A DNA stretch of 64,000 nucleotides, taken from the NCBI GenBank assembly GCA_964016885.1, contig OZ024742.1, positions 139,562,001-139,626,000 of the forward strand, written 5' to 3'. The DNA is from Eledone cirrhosa. Taxonomy: Eukaryota. The stretch's first letter is position 1. The number at the start of each line of letters is the position of its first letter. The position numbers and the translations under genes were made by a program. The notes under the pieces are model-generated. The model made no database searches. It was not told where the DNA came from and saw only the letters and a list, made by a program, of their open reading frames with translations. Below, piece by piece: positions 36,895 to 49,469 of this stretch.

Positions 36895-37010
36895 TTTCAA
36901 ATCCCACCAAGGTTAACTTTGCCTTTCATCCTTACGGGGTCGATAAAATAAAGTACCAGTAATGCACTGGGGTAATTGCTGGTCTTGTACCAAAAGTAGA
37001 AACAATTATT
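36895..37010 (+). mobile_element. SINE family 1, 5'-truncated
   Basis: ttcaaatcccaccaaggttaactttgcctttcatccttacgggg...gtagaaacaattatt. Confidence 0.88.
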
Positions 37011-38201
37011 AGGTTTTCATTATTATTTTGTGGTTTTTCTCAGCTGAAGACATAACTAAAATGCATTAGGTTTTGAACATTGCTGTATAATAATTTGATA
37101 ATAAATTTGGTCTCTGTGGCTCACAAGGAAGCCTAAAGCTTTTCTTCTGATTTGTAGTATTAACAGGATAAGTGAGGAATATTTCAATGAATAAGGTGCC
37201 AATCAGCCACAGGTATGTGTGCCAGTCAAGCACAAGAAACTGTGCCAATCCCATCACAAGCCCCTGTAGTCCATCAGAACTGTTATTATATCCTAAAAGC
37301 AGATAAAGGACTAACTTCATTCAGGCTAGAAAAACCAGTCCTTCACAATCTAATATTTTCATTATGCACTGTTTAACGTCCATATAGATGTTGTTTTAAA
37401 GGGGTGAATTATACTATCCTGTTTTACCTATTTTCCGAGATAACAGTCTTAAGAGATAGGAATTTTGACCATGAATACATCACTGTACCGGAAGCATATA
37501 AACCATTGATAGAATGAGAGAATGATAATCTGATAAAGGGGATATTATCAAAATAGGAACAAAAAAATAGAAAAAGATGATACAACAATTTAAAATTAGA
37601 TAGTCATTTTTTATATTTGTTTTTCTGAGTCCACAGGTTCTTAATTCCTGATGGAGACGAAAAGGCACCGTCCTGACATATGATGTCTTGGGTCTGGAGA
37701 GAGCAGGCGAAAGGAAGTGAGAAAGAGATATAGAGGAAGAATCAACCCCAGTATTGGATAGGTTCTCAATCTATCGACCCCAAAGGGATGAAAAGTAAAG
37801 AAGACCTTGTCGTTTTTTTAATTTTTTTTACTCAGAACACAGAGCCAAAACAAATACAGCAATGAACACTGCTATTGAAGCAGAGTTGGTTGCCTGCAGG
37901 TATGAGCCCTGTGAGATAGAGTGGCTGCCACTGTGCCTCACCCTCGCCATCCTCCGAGGCAAGGTCTTCTCCATCCTGTCGGCCTGGACCATGAGACGGA
38001 CTGACCCTTTAGTTTCATTTATGGTGGTAGCATTTGGATTAGATTTACTTCCATAAGCATGACTAGTAAGAAAGTGAAAATATTTGATTGTAACTCTCTT
38101 CTCCCTCCTCACTATATGTAAAGCATTCTATTTGACAATCTAACACCGCCTTATTCTTTTGCCTATTGAATAACATAAAAATACCATGAAATTCCACTTA
38201 C

Positions 38202-38351
38202 CTTTTGGTTCAGAATAATGTACAGCAGTGAAACGAGTTGCATGGTTAATATGTCCGGTGAGTTTAACAAATATATGGCTGCCAGTAGATTTCAAAGAGG
38301 GAGTTTCTCTACCACAAAATCTTTTCAGCAGCAATCCTTGGTCATTTGGTC
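38202..38351 (-). CDS. CUB-B part 3 exon
   Basis: Acceptor acaacag, donor gtaagt; 150 nt, phase 1 to 1. GPNDQGLLLKRFCGRETPSLKSTGSHIFVKLTGHINHATRFTAVHYSEPK. Confidence 0.9.
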
Positions 38352-38579
38352 CTGTTGTGTTAAATACAATAATTAATATTGATCTTAAACCGAAGCACAA
38401 AGTCACATATTTTGCTGGGAAAGGAACAATCAATAATGCATACATCAATATATATAATTGAGTATTTATTTTATTGTAGTCTGGAGGATGAAAAAAAGTG
38501 AGTAGGCACTTGAGCAAAGAAAATAGTGTTGTACTACATGTTCAACACTATAAGTTTCTGTCATCCATCATATTAATAA

Positions 38580-38695
38580 TAGTTTCTATTTTTGGCACAA
38601 GGCCAGAAATTTCCCAGTGTATTACTGGTACTTTATTTTATTGACCCGGTAAGGATGAAAGGCAAAGTTAACCTCGGCGGGATTTGAACTCAGAA
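38580..38695 (-). mobile_element. SINE family 1, 5'-truncated
   Basis: Reverse complement of the SINE body. Confidence 0.85.
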
Positions 38696-39246
38696 TGAAC
38701 ACCACCATTAATAATAATTAGAAATCAGCAATAACAGTTTTATTGTATTTGTTGCTGTTGTTCATGATGATTATTTTGGCTGTTATTTATTCTCCAGTCA
38801 TTTAACTACAACCAGGATGGAGCACGGTCTTCAAGATTTTAATCAATTATACTGACTCCACTACCTTGTCTGGTATTGTTCCCGTAAGATACAAAATACA
38901 AAGGAAATATTTTCACAGTTGAATCAGTCTACAATCAACTGTTTTTGTGATGTTTGTCATGCTACAAAAAGAAGCCAAATTTTACTCAAGTTATATCCTT
39001 GATGTTTCACAAAGCAATAGGGAACAAGAGAAGAAAACATTAGATAAAGTAATTATGAAAAAGATGAGATGTACACAAATGAAAAGCTGTTGATCACAGG
39101 TCTGAAAACCTGAAGCTTAACAAAAACACCAGTAATTTCACCATTAATATCAGCAACACAATTAGCTGCAATAGTGGTTAAAAGGAAAACAACAACAGCA
39201 ACAATCATAATAGATACATGACCAATAATAGAAAGAAATATCTATG

Positions 39247-39570
39247 TGAAATTTATAGAAATAAGTTGAAAACACAAATGCAAGGTACAGCTGTTAAAAC
39301 AACCAAATACCTTCAATGACAACAGCATATAAGTCGAGTAAAAATACCCCTAAGGACAGAAAACAGTGGCCAGTGGATATGAAGAGAAGGAAAGTTGTGA
39401 GAAGAGTGAAGGTAGGTATTTTTACTCAACTTACATGCTACTGTCATTAACAGCATTTGGCTGTTTTAACAGTTGTTCCTTGTGTTCGAGTTACCAACTT
39501 ATTTCTATGAATTTCAAATGCACTCACACTTTGTCTCAATAATTTTCGAAATGCCCAATGTTTATTTACA
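39247..39570. mobile_element. MITE-like foldback
   Basis: tgaaatttatagaaataagttg..ctgttaaaac pairs with gttttaacag..caacttatttctatgaatttca; same family as 20340-20745. Confidence 0.6.
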
Positions 39571-39876
39571 AATATCTATGTTTACTAATAGGTTAGATTG
39601 TCTGCATAATCATTGTATAGAAAAGTAATAGCTGTGTTAATGTGGTGATCAAAATTTTAAAAAAATATTAAAATTACATTTGTAGTGAGGATGGAAAATA
39701 ATTAGCTTTAATGAAGTCAAAATTCAAATATTTATTAATGTTTGCCCACTAGATTAAATGTGCTAGCTTAACTATGTATTTTTAGCTGACATTCTTAGGC
39801 AGGGCCCTCCCCTCTCTGTCATTCCTCTGTATAATGAATGGTTGCTGCTAGTTTGATTAAAAGTTTAAAAAGTCTA

Positions 39877-40160
39877 AAGTCTCTGTCTTGAGACCAGAGG
39901 CTCATCAGGCCAGTGCTTATCCCAATTTTCGTAGCATGAAGCAACTGAGAGTACAAGACTCTCCCATGAACAGGACATCAGTCCATCACAGGCTTAAATC
40001 CCCAACTATCGCTAGTATTCATTCTAAGTTGAGTATACTAGAGCAAGGTGAAATGAAGTGTTTTGCTCAAGAACACAACACAGCCCAGTATAGGAATCGA
40101 ACCCATGACATTATGATCATAAGTCCAACACCCTTACCATTAGGCAACATGCCTCCACGG
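39877..40160 (-). mobile_element. tRNA-derived SINE (family 2), full length
   Basis: tRNA-like head (tgcctaatggt..gggttcgattcc), tgtgttcttgagcaaaacact core, 3' tail ggcctgatgagcctc...agacttt; another 3' fragment at ~36350-36440. Confidence 0.8.
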
Positions 40161-40223
40161 TAACTAATTTATCAATCTATCTATTGATTTTTCTCCAGTT
40201 GTTTCAAAACACAGTTGACATAC

Positions 40224-40348
40224 CATCATACACATTGACGTAGGTATCTTTGCAATTGTCATCACTCATGATGTCAGTGAATACGAGTTCAAGTCGCACC
40301 TTATCTCCAGGTACTTGGGTATATACTACCCAGGAACAGGAATTAGTG
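40224..40348 (-). CDS. CUB-B part 2 exon
   Basis: Acceptor tttttctag, donor gtatgt; 125 nt, phase 2 to 1. TNSCSWVVYTQVPGDKVRLELVFTDIMSDDNCKDTYVNVYD(G). Confidence 0.9.
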
Positions 40349-40482
40349 CTAGAAAAAAAGAAAGGAAGAAAATTACAAAGACACAAAATTCAGTTAGTTA
40401 GAAATGAATATATCAATGTTGAAGATGTAGACAATATATAAGGACTAAGAGGAGTCTTTAGCGAGAGTATGATTTGATAGAT

Positions 40483-40640
40483 TAGGCAGCGAATTGGCAG
40501 AGTCGATAGAACATTGGATAGAATGCTTTGCAGTATTCATTTCGGCTCTCTGCTTTCTGACTCTGATTTCAAATCCTGCTGAGATCAGCTTTGCCTTTCA
40601 TTCATTTAAGGTTGATAAAAAAGTACTAGTTAAATACAGG
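40483..40640 (+). mobile_element. SINE family 1, diverged
   Basis: aggcagcgaattggcagagtcg...ttcaaatcctgctgag..ctttgcctttcatt. Confidence 0.75.
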
Positions 40641-40679
40641 GTTCGATTCTTCCTCTATATCTCTTTCTTACTTCCTTCT

Positions 40680-40833
40680 CTGGAAGCAATCAGCTGTAGA
40701 AACCATCCTAAATATGAAGCATAAGCGCAACATGAGGTCACCTGACCTGCCTTGCCCCAGAACATGACATGTCCAGCCCATGCTAACGTAGACGGCGGAC
40801 GAAAAAAATGACCATGATGATGATGATGATGAC
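40680..40833 (+). mobile_element. RTE-type 3' tail or RTE-tailed SINE fragment
   Basis: cagctgtagaaacc...cccatgctaac...ggacg...(GAT)n. Confidence 0.6.
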
Positions 40834-40984
40834 AGTAGTATATATATTAAGGGATGGATTATACTCAAATTCTTTGGGAAAATTACCATGAGTGCAGGTT
40901 CGATCATATTTCATTGTACATTGAGCGTGTCTTCTACTATAGCAGCAAGTCGATCAAAGCCATGTTAGTAGAATTTCATCGTTG

Positions 40985-42680
40985 TTGTTGTTGCCGTTTT
41001 CTCAATCACCAGAATGTCAGGTTGTCATCTGCGTGATCTGTCTATCTGTTTGAATGCTCACATTCCACAATATCGTTTTTCACCAGATTCTGGTTTGTGC
41101 TTGTACCATTTTTCAACAACATCAATGCCATACTTCTTGCACACTATCCAATTCAGATTATCACAAAACTTGTCATGCCTCCTTTCATATTCTTTTTGTG
41201 CTAATGTATCGCAGCTGTTGACAATATGAAGATCGTGAGGCAGAGTCCTTAAACACTCCATCCAGCAGGTCCTGTCAGAAGCAACCATCTCCGGCTGGAT
41301 CCCCAAGCAAGACCTGCCATGCTCATGGATGTTATCCAACCATTTTGTTCGAGGACTACTCCTGGGTCTCCTGCCGGTTGGTTTTGCCCGTAAAATGTCT
41401 CCAGTGATTCTTTCATGAAACATTCTAACCATATGCCCATAGTATGGGATCTCTCAATTCCAAGATGTAGTGGCTCTACCTGGAGTGATCCACTGATCTC
41501 TGAGCTATGCATTCTATTGAGAAATGTTACTCCAAAGATTTTTCGGAGGAACCCCTTGTATTTGCGATCGTATTCATTTGGTCATAACCATAGGTAAATG
41601 TTGGCATGATTAGTAAATTGAAGATAGCATGTTTGACTTTTACACCTACATCTCTTCTTCTGATTAATGAATGCTGAAGCTGGCACGTTACTGAACCAAC
41701 TCCTGCAATTCTTGCAATTAATTCAACTCTTGCCTTCTATCACTCATGAACATGGCCCCAAGATTATTTGAACTTCACCTGCTTCAGTGGAACTCTATTC
41801 ACATGAAGAATGCACTAATCCCACACAATCTACATTTGTTTAGCACATCCATTTTTTAAATTCCTCTTTTTGCTGCATTGATAATTAGAGATCACTCTTC
41901 AACTGCTAATAGTAAACTGTCTGTTTCCCTTTTCAAGTTTCCTTTTCTTAAACAGTTCCAAGACTCATGCGAGATTTTATTTTCAGTGTTTCTTTCCAAC
42001 TGGACATACAGCGTTTTTCTTTTCTTCAGAACTCTTCTTGTTTTTAATTTTCCTCCATTTTTTGTAGTTCTCTTTGTTTTCAATACAATCTGTTGATAGC
42101 CCTTGTTTTTGTGCCACAGCTTCCAACAATGTCTCATCACTATTTGCCAAGAGGTAATGTAAGCTTCTTACCGCTGATCTGCAGCATTCCTGACCCAAAT
42201 AATGCCCATTCCTCCATTTTTTCTTCCAATCTACAATGTCTGATTTGGGTGTAGAACACCACCTTTCACCAATAGTTTCTTTGGGCGTCTTCTTTTGCCC
42301 CCACCCCCTGTGAATGCATCGTTACACCCGATAGCTGACACTGCCAAGCATTCATTGCCATGAATAAATTCCTCAAATTCAAATTACTTTTCATCAACAA
42401 ACTAACCGTTTTTAGATACACCTCTTTTGTTTTTCTTTTTGCTTCCTTGCACAACATGCTGTCAATGTACACATAACTCTTTGTATCCTTCTGCACCTGG
42501 TCCACTTATATCATCTCTTGTTGGCAATTCAATTTTTTTTTACTTTTGAAGTGACACTGCAGCTCAATTGGTTATCCCAAAATCCATTTTTATGAGCTTC
42601 ATACATTGCTAAATAGTCTACACTCATGAATCAACATCCTTCCTGTTTTTCCCATACATCTCTAATTCAATCACAAAAAA
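40985..42680 (-). mobile_element. Old R4/Dong remnant with a nested RTE-like fragment (~41230-41790)
   Basis: GNLKRETDSLLLA and HIVNSCDTLAQKEYERRHD..KWYKHKPES (R4); KPTGRRPRSSPRTKWLDNI (RTE C-terminus). Confidence 0.72.
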
Positions 42681-42709
42681 ATGTGCTGCTATTATTACTA
42701 TTATTATTA

Positions 42710-42885
42710 AGGGCAGTGGATTGGCAGTGTTGGTAGAGGTTTGGATATCATGCTTTGCAGCCTGGTTACAGCCCTTTATAGTCTGAGTTCAAATCCTGCC
42801 ACGGTCAATTTTGCTTTCATCGTTACGGGGGTCGCTAAAATAAAGTACCAGTAATTGCTGGCCTTGTACCAAAAGTAGAAAAAAA
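42710..42885 (+). mobile_element. SINE family 1, followed by (ATT)n(AGT)n(GGT)n
   Basis: Matches the family consensus. Confidence 0.85.
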
Positions 42886-42910
42886 TTATTATTATTATTA
42901 TTATTATTAT

Positions 42911-42944
<34 letters not shown>

Positions 42945-43090
42945 GGTGGTGGTGGTGGTGGTGGTATTGTTTGTTTTCTTCGGCACAAATCTCATCAGGA
43001 AAGTCATGAACTTCAAAACAAATGGAATAGGAAGACAAAACAAGAAAAACAAACAAGGAAAAGCAAAGTGAGTTTCTACCATATTCTTAC

Positions 43091-43175
43091 CTTTTCAGAG
43101 ATGCTGAGAAATCTGGAGATGTAAAGTAGGATTTTTTTCTTTTACTTTCCAGTGTAATGTTGGTACATTCATAGG
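43091..43175 (-). CDS. CUB-B part 1 exon
   Basis: Acceptor ttttctag, donor gtaaga; 85 nt, phase 1 to 2. SYECTNITLESKRKKSYFTSPDFSASLK(S). Confidence 0.87.
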
Positions 43176-44704
43176 CTAGAAAATCAGAATTTGCACATAG
43201 TTTGTCAGTTTGCATACTTTAGTATACATTAGTGTGTATGTTTGTGTACGTATGCGTGAGTGTGAAATCTGTCGACACATACATGCATTTACCTGCGTGC
43301 TTATGTGTGAGCATGTATGCGTGTGTGTTTGTGTACGTATGTTTGTGTGTGTTACACATGCGTGTGTTACACATACACATGCACACAGGAACACATTTGT
43401 ATGAATAGAACATTATATTTTGCACTAAAATTTTATATGTATGTTCTTAACATTGATGCCATTGGGTGCCTCTTGCAAAATCTAATCTTTTTCAAACATT
43501 CGGTTCAGTTTCAAGATTGAGGATAGCTTTCTACCATTATTCCCAAAGTCAAGGAAAAGGGGTCATGGAAGATGCCCTTTGTCTCCTTTTAAACCATTTT
43601 AAAAAAGTGATGTCAAGCATAGGAAAAATACATTTTGACTAGTACCAATTCCCATGTGAAATTATGCCTTTTTAAAAATACTACTAATGTCGTTTGAAAA
43701 ATGTATGAGTTTCGAAATATTTCATTTCCTTTCCCTCTTGTAAATTTGGAGCAAGTCGGTGTGTCTGACAGTGTATAATATCTTCTACTTACTATAATGA
43801 TTTCTTATTTATACACAAGGTCAACAATTTGTGGGAGGGAAAATGAAATTTGTTGTGTTACTGAAAGGGAAATATAAAGGGAACATTTCCATGCAATGAA
43901 ACCTAAACATTATATTTGACATCATATTTCAGAGGATCTGAAGCAGATTGAACTCTTGTTGGTCTGGACGGTTTTCCCATCTCAGAAGTGGAATGTTGTT
44001 TGATTCCACACACCACTTCTATAGGCTCATATCTTGATCTTTAGTTTGCATTGCAGCTCAAACCAATAGAACACTTGTTATGTATATAGTTTCTATAGAA
44101 TTAGGAGGTTCCTCCCTCGTGAAACTTAGTACAATTAGGTTGAATAAACCATTGTGTGATGCTTGGTATATGTAAGGATATTGATAAAGGACTATGGCAA
44201 GATAAAACCTGTCCAGAACTCGACCCCTAGTTCAACATTGCAGGCTTTGAACTTTGTTTTAAATGTTTAGTTTGAGGAGTTGAGAAGGCATGAACCTATG
44301 ATTTTTGTATGCTCTCCCAGATGTGTTGAACATCTGCAAATTGATGTTTGTAGAAAGAAATTGGGTGATGTCTTGGGAAAAAGAATTATGAATGTTTGTT
44401 AGTGTGGTGCCTGGATAATGAAAGAGTATAGGTGCTGAGGGGATGACAGGCTGATGTATATGGGGAGGGGTTGGGTGGAAGTGACGTGTAATCATTTGCT
44501 TGCACAAAGCAGAGTCCATTGTATGAATATTACAAATGTCATAAAAGACACCACATCTATTGGACAAAGATTGTTCTGTTGTTGGTATTTAGTTACAGAT
44601 CAACCATGATGATGTAAACATATATTCAGAAACATTCCACCGTGATCATGAAGTCATTTTTCAGGAACAGTGTATATAGGGCTACATGAATTAATGCATC
44701 AAGA

Positions 44705-44915
44705 TTGGGAGAATAGTTAGAGCGCAAGTCAAAATTCTTTTTAGCATTTAGTTACGGCCATTTATGTTCTGAATTAATGTTCCATTGACGTCAACCTTGG
44801 CTTTCATCCTTCTAAGGTTTGTTAAAATAAAGTACCAATCAAGTACTGAGGTGGATATAATCGACTTTTCTCTCCTACTAAACTGGTGGCCTTGTGTCTA
44901 AATTAGAAATCAATA
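44705..44915 (+). mobile_element. Diverged SINE family 1 relative
   Basis: ggctttcatccttctaagg..aaaataaagtaccaatcaagtactg..ggccttgtgtctaaattagaaa. Confidence 0.65.
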
Positions 44916-45378
44916 TTTGAAGCATTTTCACCAAGTACACCATGATTATGTAGCCATGAAATCAAAGTCATTACAGTCATAATCAAACTGTCCCTTATGT
45001 AGTCCTAGACACCGTGTATACTGGACTATTTCCATTTTTCTTCAGTGGTTGAGTATTTTGGGGTTAGTTGGCTGTTAATTTCAGCAGAACAATTGATTAA
45101 TTGCAAAAAGGCTGTTTCATTCACCCAATTTCCCTTCTGGGCCGGGTCAGTGAGTGATCACGTAGATGTCTCATTGATTCAATCGCATTTTTTGGCTGAC
45201 TGTGTCTGTTGTTGAATTGCCATAAATAAATCTACAATTAATTAGCTAAAGTTATACAACTAATGTAGTAGGTGACAGTCGAAATTAAAGCTAATGATAA
45301 GCAATTAACTCTAGCCTAGAGAATGAAATATTTAAATGACAGATGATGTTTTAGATGATACAATTGGTGAATACATAC

Positions 45379-45525
45379 ACTTTGCCAAGGCTGTAAATGA
45401 CAGAAAAAAGCCGTTGATAACATTGCTTGATTTCAGTGTTAACAGCATCTGGTTCCCAGTTGATATGTAGGTGGGTGTGCTGTTTCCACAGGTGTGTCCA
45501 ATCAAAAGTGACTGGTCGCTTGAAC
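45379..45525 (-). CDS. CUB-A part 3 exon
   Basis: Acceptor cattag, donor gtatgt; 147 nt, phase 1 to 1. GSSDQSLLIGHTCGNSTPTYISTGNQMLLTLKSSNVINGFFLSFTALAK. This frame is not in the ORF track. Confidence 0.88.
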
Positions 45526-45587
45526 CTAATGTTTAGAGTACAGATTAAAGAAAACAAATACACTATATTCTGTCTGTGAACAGTTGA

Positions 45588-45662
45588 ATATACATACATA
45601 CATACATACATACATACATACATACATACATACATACATACATACATACATACATACATACA

Positions 45663-45694
<32 letters not shown>

Positions 45695-46469
45695 AACACA
45701 TACATATATGTGTGTGTATACAGAAAGAGAAAGAAAATTAGAATTAGATGGAGAGACAAGTACATATGCACATCCACCCACACACTAACAGTAATATATA
45801 CATGTAGATATATTTGTATGTAGATATATATATATATTTGCATATATATATATATAAATATATCAGTGTGTATGTATTTATATATATATATACATATATA
45901 CATATACATACATATATATATACACACACACATATATACACATATATACACACACATATATATATACATACACACACGTATATATATATATATATACACA
46001 TATATACACACACAGACACATATATACACACACACATATATATATATACACACACACACACACATATATACACACACACATATATATACATACATATGTA
46101 TATACATACATATGTATATACATATATATATATACATACATATATATATATACATACATATATATATATATACATACATACATACATATACATACATATA
46201 TATATACATACATACATCCATATATATACATACATACATATACATACATATATATATATACATACATACATCCATATATATACATATATATACATACATC
46301 CATATACATACATATATATATATATACATACATCCATATACATACATATATATATATACATACATAATTATATATATATATACATACATCCATATACATA
46401 TACATATATATATACATACATATATATATATATATACATACATCCATATACATACATATATATATATAT

Positions 46470-46500
<31 letters not shown>

Positions 46501-47048
46501 CATACATCCATATACATACATATATATATATATATACATACATCCATATACATATATATACATACATCCATATACATACATGTATATATATATATATATA
46601 CATACATCCATATACATATATATATACATACATACATATATATATATACATACATCCATATACATACATATATATATACATATATCCATATACATACATA
46701 TATATATACATACATCCATATACATACATATATACATACATCCATATACATATATATATATACATCCATATACATATATATATATACATACATCCATATA
46801 CATATATATATATATATATATCTATATATACATACATCCATATACATATATATCTATATATACATACATCCATATACATATATATATATATACATCCATA
46901 TACATATATATATATCTATATATACATACATCCATATACATATATATATATATACATCCATATACATATATATATATATATATACATGCATCCATATACA
47001 TATATATATATATATACATGCATCCATATATATATATATATATATATA
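45588..47048. repeat. Compound microsatellite (ATAC)n / (AT)n / (AC)n / ACATCCATAT
   Basis: Direct reading; it resumes at 48618-49108. Confidence 0.95.
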
Positions 47049-47106
47049 TAAATGTAAGTATGTATGTATACGTACATACATATATGTATACAGACGTACA
47101 GTAGCA

Positions 47107-47145
<39 letters not shown>

Positions 47146-47271
47146 GCATACATCGTTTTCGGTATGCCTGACCGATTTAACTCACTCAATATGCAAATTA
47201 GGCTGCTCAGCCGTTAATTTTCATAGGGAAAGTATATACTTTCGAACGTTCAACTATCTGGCAGATGGGTA

Positions 47272-47316
47272 AACGGTGCTGATGATAGCTAACAAGCTTG
47301 AAACTAGTACATCGTT
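47272..47316 (+). ncRNA. Minimal type I hammerhead ribozyme, copy 1
   Basis: AACGGUG-CUGAUGA-U[AGC uaacaa GCU]U-GAAA-CUAG-UA^CAUCGUU: 7-bp stem I and palindromic stem III (ACUAGU). Confidence 0.82.
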
Positions 47317-47478
47317 CCTGTGTCAGTGTTGAACAAAAAGGTGACGTGGTTGCCTTAACACCGTATGGCATAAATTCAGGCTGTTCGCTTTGTTGACAAA
47401 CAAATGAACAAAGCGGCCGGCGTTATAATAAACGTCGGCTAAACTGATGCGTACATATATGTATGTGTACCTGTATGC

Positions 47479-47517
<39 letters not shown>

Positions 47518-47751
47518 TGCTACTGTACGTCTGTATACATATATGTATGTACGTATACATACATACTTACATTTAAGTAAGTGCCATACTAAGAGTGAGA
47601 AATGAAATTTCGTTTTCATTTTTTTCAGCTTATCGTTTTCGGTATGCCTGACCGATTTAACTCACTCAATATGCAAATTAGGCTGCTCAGCCGTTAATTT
47701 TCATAGGGAAAGTATATACTTTCGAACGTTCAACTATCTGGCAGATGGGTA

Positions 47752-47796
47752 AACGGTGCTGATGATAGCTAACAACCTTGAAACTAGTACATCGTT
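47752..47796 (+). ncRNA. Minimal type I hammerhead ribozyme, copy 2
   Basis: As copy 1, but the 3' side of stem II is CCU, which weakens it. Confidence 0.72.
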
Positions 47797-47958
47797 CCTG
47801 TGTCAGTGTTGAACAAAAAGGTGACATGGTTGCCTTAACACCGTATGGCATAAATTCAGGCTGTTCGCTTTGTTGACAAACAAACGAACAAAGCGGCCGG
47901 CGTTATAATAAACGTCGGCTAAACTGATGCGTACATATATGTATGTGTACCTGTATGC

Positions 47959-48038
<80 letters not shown>

Positions 48039-48271
48039 GCTACTGTACGTCTGTATACATATATGTATGTACGTATACATACATACTTACATTTAAGTAA
48101 GTGCCATACTAAGAGTGAGAAATGAAATTTCGTTTTCATTTTTTTCAACTTATTGTTTTCGGTATGCCTGACCGATTTAACTCACTCAATATGCAAATTA
48201 GGCTGCTCAGCCGTTAATTTTCATAGGGAAAGTATATACTTTCGAACGTTCAACTATCTGGCAGATGGGTA

Positions 48272-48316
48272 AACGGTGCTGATGATAGCTAACAACCTTG
48301 AAACTAGTACATCGTT
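48272..48316 (+). ncRNA. Minimal type I hammerhead ribozyme, copy 3
   Basis: Identical to copy 2. Confidence 0.72.
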
Positions 48317-48617
48317 CCTGTGTCAGTGTTGAACAAAAAGGTGACGTGGTTGCCTTAACACCGTATGGCATAAATTCAGGCTGTTCGCTTTGTTGACAAA
48401 CAAACGAACAAAGCGGCCGGCGTTATAATAAATGTCGGCTAAACTGATGCGTACATATATGTATGTGTACCTGTATGCATATGTGTATATATATATATAT
48501 GCATGCTACTGTACGTCTGTATACATATATGTATGTACGTATACATACATACTTACATTTAAGTAAGTGCCATACTAAGAGTGAGAAATGAAATTTCGTT
48601 TTCATTTTTTTCAACTT

Positions 48618-48753
48618 ATATATATATATATATATACATACATCCATATACATATATATATATATATATATATACATACATCCATATACATATATATATA
48701 TATATATACATACATCCATATACATATATATATATATATATATACATACATCC

Positions 48754-48792
<39 letters not shown>

Positions 48793-48797
48793 CATCC

Positions 48798-48836
<39 letters not shown>

Positions 48837-48841
48837 CATCC

Positions 48842-48904
<63 letters not shown>

Positions 48905-49108
48905 CATACATCCATATACATATACATACATCCATATACATATATATACATACATACATCCCTATACATATATATATATACATACATCCCTATACATATA
49001 TATATATACTCCATATACATATATATATACATACATCCATATACATATATATATATATATATACATACATACATATATATATACATATACATACATATAT
49101 ATATACAT
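48618..49108. repeat. (AT)n / ACATCCATAT microsatellite
   Basis: Direct reading. Confidence 0.95.
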
Positions 49109-49241
49109 ATATTGTTATACTTTGGGAGGGTCATGTTGCCAATAAGAAACACACGCACCAGTTGCTTTCACTTCAATTTATTATAATAAATTTATAAATT
49201 TCTGGTTGGTTGGTTCCACAACCAGATAGTTGTTTATATAT

Positions 49242-49286
49242 AGTCATAGTTCTTTCGTCACACACTCTGTGACCTCTTCAGTGACT
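49242..49286 (-). ncRNA. Minimal type I hammerhead motif (inverted copy, host-sense strand)
   Basis: Reverse complement of 49425-49469. Confidence 0.68.
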
Positions 49287-49424
49287 GGGGATTCCTTTCT
49301 TTGTTTCTGTGCCTCTCCTTTGTTCTGTCCTACGCCATTTTGTTTCTGCTGTGTGTCACACACAGAAACAAAATGGCGTAGGACAGAACAAAGGAGAGGC
49401 ACAGAAACAAAGAAAGGAATCCCC

Positions 49425-49469
49425 AGTCACTGAAGAGGTCACAGAGTGTGTGACGAAAGAACTATGACT
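49425..49469 (+). ncRNA. Minimal type I hammerhead motif (slightly degenerate)
   Basis: AGUCA-CUGAAGA-G[GUCACA gagug UGUGAC]-GAAA-GAAC-UA^UGACU. Confidence 0.68.

Larger units (their letters stand above)
47049..48617 (+). mobile_element. Hammerhead-bearing tandem array (3 units: 47152-47631, 47632-48151, 48152-48617) preceded by an inverted partial unit (47049-47151)
   Basis: Units are nearly identical except for internal (TA)n length (periods 480 and 520). 47049-47151 is the reverse complement of ~47473-47574. Confidence 0.88.

Noticed and set aside
37828-38112. GC-richer 94-aa ORF next to an exon
   Set aside because: No convincing splice sites or domain; probably an unidentified repeat fragment.
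39877-40160. tRNA genes at SINE heads
   Set aside because: A/B boxes are present, but there is no full cloverleaf and each continues into a repeat body.
47152-48617. CRISPR-like or rDNA-like array
   Set aside because: Units are ~500 bp with no unique spacers and no rRNA similarity, in a eukaryotic context.
45526-49186. Long ORFs rich in I/Y/H/T or M/Y/V/C (up to 467 aa)
   Set aside because: They are translations of (AT)n/(ATAC)n microsatellite, which has no stop codons.
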